Source of the DNA: Eubacteriales bacterium
GTDB taxonomy: Bacteria > Bacillota > Clostridia > Christensenellales > CAG-138
Direction: 5' to 3'
Assembly: GCA_034933205.1 (NCBI GenBank)
Contig: JAYFNY010000001.1
Location: forward strand, 79,920-143,919
DNA: 64,000 bases
A program made the position numbers and the translations under genes. Under the pieces are notes generated by a model that did not search any database, was not told the origin of the DNA, and saw only the letters and a list, made by a program, of their open reading frames with translations. Positions 42,644-50,327 of the stretch are shown here, piece by piece (the first letter of the stretch is position 1; the number at the start of each line of letters is the position of its first letter).

Positions 42644-44197
42644 TTATCGGTAGTCGTCGAGATTGATGGTCAGCGCGTATTCCGACATCACATCATATTG
42701 CGGGTCGGTTTGAAAAGCAGTGCCGTGTCCGTTTGGTTTGCTGCTGTCATATACGATTTCCGTATAGACTGCGTCATCCCGAAGAGAGATATCCTGCTGT
42801 GGTCCGTCATCAACGGTTACCTTCATATCCCACCAATAGGTCGTAGTTGGCAAGATTGTCAACGTTTTGATGCTCGCCCATTGGCTCGGGGAGAGCGAAC
42901 TGCTAAACAGTTCAAAATCATATTCCAGCTTCTTGCCTGTCTTGTCTGCCGTTCCCATTGGCCCATACGCGTTAAACGGGCAACTGGTCCAACTTTCCGG
43001 AGCCTCACCATCCAGCAGGAAACGGAACGAGAGATCGCAGTAACAGCGTTCCGCCGCCGTCCAGCTTTCCGGCAGCACAACATGCAGCGTAATCTTTGTG
43101 TCGGTCGGAGTAAAGGTGATCTCCCTGAGGGAGTAGGAAGCGCCGGTGAAATCGAGCTCATGGGTATAGGTATACGTCTCGACGGTGTCCCCGGTTCGTT
43201 CTTCCTCCGGCTGCCATTCCAGAATGGTGACGGGGTGGGTGCCGCCGAGCTGCACGCTCGAAGCGTCTTTCGCCTGCGTGGTTTTCGTCCCGGCCTTGTA
43301 GGCGTCCGCGTCGAACGTGATCTCGCCAAAGCTCGCGTTGAGTACCTGCACGGGATCCTTTGATTCAACGTTGTCGTAACGCATAAGAATAGACAGTTCG
43401 CCGGTTACCTGCCCGGACAGCGGCTGCGCTTCCGGCCCGATATTTTGCAATTCTATCGAGAAGCGCACGTCGTGGTCGGCAAGGTATTTATCCCAGAATT
43501 CGTCCGCTGCCGGGTTTGTGGTAACAAGCTCTCCGTCCTGGAAAACGTCGTCTGCCGAGTTTTCGGAAAGCGACTGGCAGAACTCGTCCATCTCCGGCGT
43601 AAAGGTTGGAACCAGTTCCCCGCTGTATTGACTGCCATCCGGGGCTTCAAACGATACGATGTTCTCGCAGAAGAGATAGTAATATTCGCAGTCGGGGTTG
43701 CCGCCGAGCGAACCGTCGTTAGGTACCGCGCGGAAGGTGTCCCCGCCTGTATACGCCTCAACAAACGGGCGCGCCGTCGCGCCGGACATCGTGCCGGAGA
43801 CATAAATCGAGCTGCCGTCGTAGGCAATCTCGTCCAGCGTCATGTCAAATGCTTTGGCATACGCCTCGTAGCCCGCTCCCACACTGGATAACGTTATTCC
43901 CGCGTTGTTTGCGCTGCTGGTAATCGCGACAATCGATGGCTCCTCCGTCCGCTCGCTCTTCTCCTGCCCGAAATATTCTCTCGCGCTGAACCAATCGTTG
44001 ATCCATTCCTCCACCGCCGCCCTTGCGCTCGGAATCGCAAACACGGTTACGCTGAACAGAACCAGTAAACACGCCGCGGCGAACAACACCCGCCGCACGG
44101 CGTGGTGCGTCTTTTTTACCTTGCTCGCGCGCTTCACCCGCGCGTCGTCAATCATATACTGCATAACAGCCTCCTTGAACAATTCTCGTTCCGTCAT
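42644..44197 (-). CDS. Putative anti-sigma factor, module B (paralog of 40790-42358)
   Basis: 517 aa. Start overlaps the sigma stop (ATGA). TM segment VLFAAACLLVLFSVTVFAI. Large extracytoplasmic domain ending LTINLDDYR. Confidence 0.65.
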   Translation of the reverse strand: MTERELFKEAVMQYMIDDARVKRASKVKKTHHAVRRVLFAAACLLVLFSVTVFAIPSARAAVEEWINDWFSAREYFGQEKSERTEEPSIVAITSSANNAGITLSSVGAGYEAYAKAFDMTLDEIAYDGSSIYVSGTMSGATARPFVEAYTGGDTFRAVPNDGSLGGNPDCEYYYLFCENIVSFEAPDGSQYSGELVPTFTPEMDEFCQSLSENSADDVFQDGELVTTNPAADEFWDKYLADHDVRFSIELQNIGPEAQPLSGQVTGELSILMRYDNVESKDPVQVLNASFGEITFDADAYKAGTKTTQAKDASSVQLGGTHPVTILEWQPEEERTGDTVETYTYTHELDFTGASYSLREITFTPTDTKITLHVVLPESWTAAERCYCDLSFRFLLDGEAPESWTSCPFNAYGPMGTADKTGKKLEYDFELFSSSLSPSQWASIKTLTILPTTTYWWDMKVTVDDGPQQDISLRDDAVYTEIVYDSSKPNGHGTAFQTDPQYDVMSEYALTINLDDYR

Positions 44198-44703
44198 TGC
44201 TCATCGGCTCCTTTCCACTGTGTCCGGATGCGTTCCCTTGTTCGGTAAAGCCTCGCCTTTACCGCGTCTTCGCTGATCTTGAGGGAAGAGGCGATCTGCC
44301 GCACCGACTGGTCGAAGCCGTAATAAAGCACGAACGTCTGGTAGGACAGCAGCGGTTCTTCCCGGACGATTCGCCAGACGTCGGCGGCGTCCATCCGATC
44401 CAGCAGCGCCGGCTCAAACGGAGCCTGCGAATCCGGAATCGTTTCGTCAAACGGTTCTTCGTGCTCGTTTTTTCGGCTCTGATTGCGATAACGCTTGGAT
44501 AACTCGCCCTTGGCGATCGTCACCAGGTATCGAAACGGCTCCTGCGGACGGAGCAGAGCCGTCCGCTCGTAGAACCTTTGCCAGGACTCCTGATAGACGT
44601 CCTCCATATCGGCCGCGGAGCGAATCCGCACGACGAGAAAGCGCTTCAGCTTTGCCGCGCACTCGTCGTAGATCCTGTCAAAATAGGCGTTTCTGGATTC
44701 CAT
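44194..44703 (-). CDS. ECF-type sigma-70 family sigma factor, module B
   Basis: 169 aa. Region 2 (DVYQESWQRFYERTALL...FRYLVTIAKGELSKRYR) and region 4 (FVLYYGFDQSVRQIASSLKISEDAVKARLYRTRERI). Confidence 0.9.
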   Translation of the reverse strand: MESRNAYFDRIYDECAAKLKRFLVVRIRSAADMEDVYQESWQRFYERTALLRPQEPFRYLVTIAKGELSKRYRNQSRKNEHEEPFDETIPDSQAPFEPALLDRMDAADVWRIVREEPLLSYQTFVLYYGFDQSVRQIASSLKISEDAVKARLYRTRERIRTQWKGADEQ

Positions 44704-44810
44704 GCTGTCCCTCGTTTCCTCAACCGGTTTGCCTTATATGCGTATCATAACAGGCGTTTGGTGTCAAATCTTTGCAAAAAAAAGAAAGAACGCTTCCGAA
44801 AGGCAAATTC

Positions 44811-44864
44811 TTACAACTTATTTACATCGCTGCGTCGATCTGTTCACACAGTTTCCTGTAGAAT
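44811..44864 (+). promoter_or_regulatory. Triple direct-repeat promoter of the module-B RR-HK operon
   Basis: TTACAAC-ttat-TTACATC-N15-TCACACA-N8-TAGAAT, with spacing identical to the other three sites. 53 nt upstream of the RR start codon. Confidence 0.6.
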
Positions 44865-44917
44865 ACAGAGGAGGCGGTGAACAAAAGCCGCTTGCAATTC
44901 AAAAAGGGGGCGAACGC

Positions 44918-45568
44918 GTGAAACAAATCCTGGTGGTTGAGGACGACGAAGCGATCAATAAACTGATCTGTATGAACCTCTCCGTCGCGGGATACCGGCC
45001 TACGCCCGTTTACGACGGGACGGAAGCGCTCGCGCGAATGGAAAACGGCGAGGGGTTCGATCTTGCGCTTCTGGATATCATGCTGCCCGGCGCGGACGGG
45101 TTCCAGCTGCTGCCGCATATCCGCGCGCGCGGCGTCCCGGTCATCTTTCTGACCGCGAAAAACGATCTGGAGAGCAAGGTGCAGGGGCTGCGGGAAGGCG
45201 CGGAGGACTATATCGTCAAGCCGTTCGAAATTCTGGAACTGCTCGTGCGTATGGAAAAAGTGCTCGCCCGAAACGGCGCCGAGGAGCGCGTGATCCTCGT
45301 GGGAGACGTGGAGATCCATACCGACGAACACAGCGTCCTGCGCGGCGAAACGCCCGTTCCCCTGACGCCGATCCTGTTTGATCTTCTGCTGCTTTTTGCG
45401 AAAAACCGGAATATCGCCATGTCCCGCGAGAAAATCCTCGCGGACGTATGGGGCGATTCCTTCCTGGGGGAGAGCCGCACGGTGGACATCCACATTTCCC
45501 AGCTGCGCAAGAAGACCGGCCTGAATATCGTGTCCCTGCCGAAGATCGGTTACCGGCTGGAGGTGTAG
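44918..45568 (+). CDS. OmpR/PhoB-family response regulator, module B
   Basis: GTG start (VKQILVVEDDE) 7 nt after AAAGGGGG; the track ORF's upstream extension has no receiver homology. Closely similar to the module-A RR along its whole length. Confidence 0.9.
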   Translation: MKQILVVEDDEAINKLICMNLSVAGYRPTPVYDGTEALARMENGEGFDLALLDIMLPGADGFQLLPHIRARGVPVIFLTAKNDLESKVQGLREGAEDYIVKPFEILELLVRMEKVLARNGAEERVILVGDVEIHTDEHSVLRGETPVPLTPILFDLLLLFAKNRNIAMSREKILADVWGDSFLGESRTVDIHISQLRKKTGLNIVSLPKIGYRLEV

Positions 45569-45574
45569 CAAAAA

Positions 45575-46939
45575 ATGAAGATCCGCCAGCGCCTCGCGCT
45601 GATTTCCATTCTGCTGATCGCCGTTTCGCTCGCGGTCTGCGGCACGCTGCTTCTTGGTGCCTCCGCGAAGAGCAGCATCGGCGCCGCCGAAGAGGGGGCG
45701 CTCACGGAGCTGAACCTGCTGAGGACGTCCTACCAGAGCGTACTGCAGGACGTTTCCGATCCGACGCTTTCCGAAACCGCCCAGCGCTCGCTTGCGCTCT
45801 ATTTATTCCGGCAGTATATCTCCATCAATTCGCAGTTCATTCTGATTCGCAACGGGGAAACGCTGTATAACAACTCCGATTATGCCGTGGACCAGCTGCT
45901 CAACGGGGAAACCGAAAAAACGATCGATCGTGACGGGAAAAAGCTGTTTCTGGCGGCGGCGCAGGAGGACGAGTACCAGTCCGGCAGTTATCAGATTTTT
46001 CTTGTGCGCGACGTTTCAAGCGTGTATACGGAGATCCGTTCGCTGACGCTGAAATTCGTTCTCATCTGTACGGCGGCGTTTCTGCTCTCCGCCGCGGTGG
46101 TCATGTTCAGCACGTTTCGTGCGCTGCGGCCGCTGAAACTGCTGCAGCGAAGCGCCGCCGCGATAGCCGACGGGGTATACGACCGGCGCATCGAGGTGCG
46201 CGGCAAGGACGAGATTGCGGAGCTGGCCGCCAGCTTCAATAAGATGGCGGACGCGGTTTCGCGCCATATCGACGAAGTGACCGCTACCGCCGAGGAGCGC
46301 AAGCTCCTGCTCGGCGCGCTGACGCACGAGCTGAAAACGCCCATGACCAGCATTATCGGTTACTCGGAATCGCTGCAGAAAACGAAGCTTTCCTCCGCGC
46401 AGAAAACGGAGGCTGTTTCCTATATCAACCGGGAATGCGGGAGGCTGGAACGGCTCACGCAGAAGATGATGCGTCTGATCACGCTGACGGGCGGGGAAGA
46501 GATCGAGCGAGTGCCGATTTCCGCCGCTGCGCTGTTTTCCGCCGTGGAGCCGACCCTTCGGGACGCGGCATCGCGGCAGGGCGCGAATCTTACGTTTACC
46601 GACTCCGGCGCCTGCTACCGGGTGGACGCCGACCTGATGGCGAGCGTGCTGATCAACCTGGTGGACAACGCCTGCTCGGCGGGCGCAAAACACATTCGGA
46701 TCACGGCAGCCTCCCGTTCCATCGCGGTCGCGGACGACGGGTGCGGCATCGCGCCGGAACTGGTGCGGCGGGTGACGCAGCCCTTCTTTCGCGCGGATAA
46801 GGCGCGCAGCCGCAGGCAGGGGCACGCGGGCCTCGGACTTGCGCTGGTCAGCCGGATTGTGGAGCTCCACAACGGCGTGCTTGCGATCGAGAGCGAGGTC
46901 GGCAGCGGGACGACAATGACCATCCGGTTTTCGGACTGA
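45575..46939 (+). CDS. Sensor histidine kinase, module B
   Basis: 454 aa with 2 TM + HAMP. H-box LLGALTHELKTPMT. LINLVDNACSAG, DDGCGIA, GHAGLGLALV. Confidence 0.9.
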   Translation: MKIRQRLALISILLIAVSLAVCGTLLLGASAKSSIGAAEEGALTELNLLRTSYQSVLQDVSDPTLSETAQRSLALYLFRQYISINSQFILIRNGETLYNNSDYAVDQLLNGETEKTIDRDGKKLFLAAAQEDEYQSGSYQIFLVRDVSSVYTEIRSLTLKFVLICTAAFLLSAAVVMFSTFRALRPLKLLQRSAAAIADGVYDRRIEVRGKDEIAELAASFNKMADAVSRHIDEVTATAEERKLLLGALTHELKTPMTSIIGYSESLQKTKLSSAQKTEAVSYINRECGRLERLTQKMMRLITLTGGEEIERVPISAAALFSAVEPTLRDAASRQGANLTFTDSGACYRVDADLMASVLINLVDNACSAGAKHIRITAASRSIAVADDGCGIAPELVRRVTQPFFRADKARSRRQGHAGLGLALVSRIVELHNGVLAIESEVGSGTTMTIRFSD

Positions 46940-46943
46940 ATCC

Positions 46944-46997
46944 TTACAACTCTTTTACAACTTGGCGCGGATTTGTTTACACGCCGTATTCTATGCT
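46944..46997 (+). promoter_or_regulatory. Triple direct-repeat promoter upstream of lipoprotein B1
   Basis: TTACAAC-tctt-TTACAAC-N15-TTACACG-N8-TATGCT. Shares the identical 21-mer CCTTACAACTCTTTTACAACT with the B2 promoter. Confidence 0.6.
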
Positions 46998-47029
46998 GAA
47001 TGGAGCAAGGACGAAGGAGACGGAACAAA

Positions 47030-48580
47030 ATGAGAAGAATCCTCGCGTTCGGGCTGGCGGCGGCGCTGGCGTTTACCGCAGCGGCCTGCCGGCCGGAACC
47101 GGCGTACGAAGCGGATGCGGCTGAGACGAGCCGGGAAAAGCTGCTGGAAACCGCGGCGCAAAGCGGGAACGACAATGCTTCCGGGTCGGCGCTGCGGGAG
47201 CGCCTTGGCGCGCCCGAGCATGTGACCCAGCGGTTTTCCAGCGGGAGCGGAATCCAGACGGTGGAGATCGACGCGGACGTTGTGATTCCGGACGCGGCGA
47301 AAATCCCCGTCGTCGAAGTGACCCGCGGCAAGCTGACGCAGGAAATGGCGGACCAGGTCGTGAACGCGCTCGTTCGTGGACAGTTGCTTGCCTACGACCA
47401 GCAAACGGAGCACTTCTACGGAAGCAATCGCGTGCAGAAGCACATTGCCGCGCTGGACGCTTTGATTGCGGGCGCCGGCGCGTCCAAAAGCGCCGAGTGG
47501 AAGGCAAATATGCAATCCGAGCGCGATTACTGGGCGGAGGTGCTGGCAAACTCCACGGAGGATTCCGCCCCCATCGGCAGCCGCCTGACGCATCCTTCCT
47601 GGTCGGACGGGGAAACCGGCAGCGGATATGTGATCCATGATTCCGATTCTCTTCAACTGGTCGGCATGGCGCAGTCGGAGGCGGGATGTGAAACACTGTC
47701 CATCCGAAAAGGCACGGACGAAAGCGTCGTTATCTGCTACGTGCGGGAGCCAAACGAATGCGTCAGCCCCGGCGCGCAGATCGGCGGCTATAAAAACGAA
47801 GAGGAATTGATTCTGGAGGAGAAGGTAAACCATGAAAACCCGTCCGGGGCGATCCGGCTGGCGGACGTAGCGAGCATCCCTCCGATTCAAACGACGCAGG
47901 AGGAAGCGCTCGCCATCGGAAACAGCCTGATGCAGACGCTTGGCGTTTCGAATGTTTCCTGCGTCTCGGCGGATCGATGCTGGGGCGGCAGTTTTGATGC
48001 GGACGCGAGCGGCGTTCGCGGCCTTCCGACCGCCGCCTACGGGGTGACCAACCCGTTCCGGTGCGTCTGGCGGCTTCGCTATACGCGCACGTTCAACGGC
48101 GTTTTTACAACCTTTGACCGGACCCAATGCACGCCCTACATCGATCCGGAGGACGACAAAGAGGTGCTCCCCTCCGCCGATTACGAAAGAATCGAAGTAT
48201 ATGTGGATGATACCGGCATTGTAGGCTTCCGCTGGGCGTCGCCGCAGGACGTTGGCAACGTGGCTCTGGAGGATGCGTCCGTGTTGTCGTTCGACGAGAT
48301 GATGAAGGTGTTTACCGGCACATTCTGCGTGGCAAACCAGTGGACAAATCCATCTGCGGCGCTCGTTTTCCGAATCAACAAGATCTGCTTGGGCTATACG
48401 CGCGTTCGGGAAGAGGGCGTCTACGATACGGGACTTCTGGTTCCCGCCTGGGATTTTTACGGAGAAGTCGTCTACGATCCGGACGCAGAGACGCCGGAGT
48501 ACCGTTCCATGTATGACGAGAGCATGTTCACCATCAATGCGATCGACGGTTCGCTGATCGACCGGCAGCAGGGGTATTGA
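47030..48580 (+). CDS. Uncharacterised lipoprotein, family member B1
   Basis: Start MRRILAFGLAAALAFTAAAC with an AAGGAGA RBS. The earlier ATG 47000 would lie upstream of the predicted TSS. C-terminus ...GLLVPAWDFYGEV...MFTINAIDGSLIDRQQGY. Confidence 0.85.
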   Translation: MRRILAFGLAAALAFTAAACRPEPAYEADAAETSREKLLETAAQSGNDNASGSALRERLGAPEHVTQRFSSGSGIQTVEIDADVVIPDAAKIPVVEVTRGKLTQEMADQVVNALVRGQLLAYDQQTEHFYGSNRVQKHIAALDALIAGAGASKSAEWKANMQSERDYWAEVLANSTEDSAPIGSRLTHPSWSDGETGSGYVIHDSDSLQLVGMAQSEAGCETLSIRKGTDESVVICYVREPNECVSPGAQIGGYKNEEELILEEKVNHENPSGAIRLADVASIPPIQTTQEEALAIGNSLMQTLGVSNVSCVSADRCWGGSFDADASGVRGLPTAAYGVTNPFRCVWRLRYTRTFNGVFTTFDRTQCTPYIDPEDDKEVLPSADYERIEVYVDDTGIVGFRWASPQDVGNVALEDASVLSFDEMMKVFTGTFCVANQWTNPSAALVFRINKICLGYTRVREEGVYDTGLLVPAWDFYGEVVYDPDAETPEYRSMYDESMFTINAIDGSLIDRQQGY

Positions 48581-48716
48581 GCGGGGCCGATCGCGAAAAA
48601 AAAGGATTTTTCCATTCTATACACGACGAGAGCATGTTCACCATCCATGCGATCGACGGTTCGCTGATCGACCGGCAGCAGGGGTATTGAGCGGGGCCGA
48701 TCGCGAAAAAAGGATT
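48505..48716. repeat. Tandem duplication (about 105-110 bp unit) of the B1 3' end plus its downstream sequence
   Basis: GACGAGAGCATGTTCACCATCAATGCGATCGACGGTTCGCTGATCGACCGGCAGCAGGGGTATTGAGCGGGGCCGATCGCGAAAAAA starts at 48515 and recurs from 48625 with one substitution (CAATGC to CCATGC). Flanks are also related. Confidence 0.9.
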
Positions 48717-48733
48717 ATTCCGGGACGGAACCC

Positions 48734-48787
48734 TTACAACTCTTTTACAACTCTTTGGGGATTTCCTTACACAGGCCGCGCTATCGT
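48734..48787 (+). promoter_or_regulatory. Triple direct-repeat promoter upstream of lipoprotein B2
   Basis: TTACAAC-tctt-TTACAAC-N15-TTACACA-N8-TATCGT. AAAGGAGGGGG RBS and ATG 48815 follow. Confidence 0.6.
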
Positions 48788-48814
48788 ATAGGAAAGCAAA
48801 GGAGGGGGAACCCA

Positions 48815-50311
48815 ATGAAACGATTGTTTACGGTTTTGCTCGCGGCTCTGCTGCTGACGGCGGGCTGCGCGAATACGAAGGAAGAAACCGCCGCTGGGCG
48901 GAAGAATACTGACCAGATCGTGCGGATCGCCACCACCGGGATGGAACCCGCGGCGGCCGCGGATACGGAACCGGCGGAACAGACCCAAACGCCCGCCGCA
49001 AGCCCGCTTTATGAGAAGCTGGGCGCGCCGGCAAGATATCAAACGGAGCTGACGCCAAATACGGATAAGCTGGAGATCACCGTTGACGCGGACGTGATCC
49101 TGCCGAATGTGGAAGCCGTGCCGACGGTCCGCATCCAGGCGCGGGACTTTACGCAGGACGAGGTCACAAGGTTCTTTCATGTGTTTTGCGGCGATACGCC
49201 CATGTACCTTATCCGAACGCAATCCACCCGCGCGGATATCGGGGAGAAACTCGAAAAGTTCCGCGAGGAGGCGAAGACGGCCGAAGGGGCGCGGCTGGAA
49301 AAGGTGAAGCAGAATATCGCCTATTATGAAGCCGAATATGAGAAAGCGCCGGAAACCATCGTGGACGTGCCGACCGACGGCACGATGTTTGAACAGCAGT
49401 ACGGCGATCCGGTCTATCTGGCCAAATACATGGGGGTCAGCGCGCGGGAATTCCCCGAAAGAAATTACGGCGGCAAAACGTTCGGCGTGCGCAACAACTA
49501 CTACGATCGCAGCACCAAGTCCGGCTACGATTTTAATGTCGGCGCGGGGCTGGGATATACGCGGGATTCGAGATGGGGCAGCCTGTTCAGCGTCAACCCG
49601 CTCGAATATATCCGGGACGAAACCACGGTTCCCGCGGCGGCGGCCGGTGAACTGACCAGCACGCCGCTGGAAGCAAGGCAACTCGTTGAAACGTTCTGGA
49701 AGGAAAACGGGTTTTCCGATATGGGCATATCGGGCGTTTACCTGGCCTATAACGGGAACAAGGAAACGATGAAAATCGACGAGCACGATACCTACGGGCA
49801 GAAACACGCCTATGTCGTCGCGTGCGGCAAGAGCATAAACGGGGTCGTGCCCGTCAGCGACGACGCGATTTGGGACGGCCAGGTTTGGTTTCATGAAAGC
49901 TGCAACTTCATCGTCAGCGACGCCGGTATCGAAACGTTCAGCTGGCGCTCGCCCAATTCCTATACCGAGGTCGTCACCGCCGACACCGCGATGCTGCCGT
50001 TCGACAGAATCGACGAAATTTTCCGGAAAATGATTCTGGTGCAATACGAAAGCAACGCCGCAGGAAATATAACCGGGAAACTGTTCTCCTACCATGTGGA
50101 CCGCGTTTCGCTGGATTTGCAGCGCGTGCTGGAACAGGGGTCGCAGGACACGGGGCTTCTGATCCCCGTGTGGGATTTCTACGGAACCTTCGAGTATTGG
50201 TATACGAACGGGGATCATTACGGCAGCGAGATCGAGCAGGGATTCCGAAAACCGCTGCTGTCGATCAACGCGATCGACGGCTCGATCATCGACCCGCGGG
50301 AAGGTTACTGA
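48815..50311 (+). CDS. Uncharacterised lipoprotein, family member B2
   Basis: MKRLFTVLLAALLLTAGC (lipobox LTAGC). C-terminus ...GLLIPVWDFYGTF...LLSINAIDGSIIDPREGY. N-terminal half is most similar to A2 (VFCGDTPMY vs YFCGGTAMY). Confidence 0.85.
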   Translation: MKRLFTVLLAALLLTAGCANTKEETAAGRKNTDQIVRIATTGMEPAAAADTEPAEQTQTPAASPLYEKLGAPARYQTELTPNTDKLEITVDADVILPNVEAVPTVRIQARDFTQDEVTRFFHVFCGDTPMYLIRTQSTRADIGEKLEKFREEAKTAEGARLEKVKQNIAYYEAEYEKAPETIVDVPTDGTMFEQQYGDPVYLAKYMGVSAREFPERNYGGKTFGVRNNYYDRSTKSGYDFNVGAGLGYTRDSRWGSLFSVNPLEYIRDETTVPAAAAGELTSTPLEARQLVETFWKENGFSDMGISGVYLAYNGNKETMKIDEHDTYGQKHAYVVACGKSINGVVPVSDDAIWDGQVWFHESCNFIVSDAGIETFSWRSPNSYTEVVTADTAMLPFDRIDEIFRKMILVQYESNAAGNITGKLFSYHVDRVSLDLQRVLEQGSQDTGLLIPVWDFYGTFEYWYTNGDHYGSEIEQGFRKPLLSINAIDGSIIDPREGY

Positions 50312-50327
50312 GGGGAGGCGAACGGTG

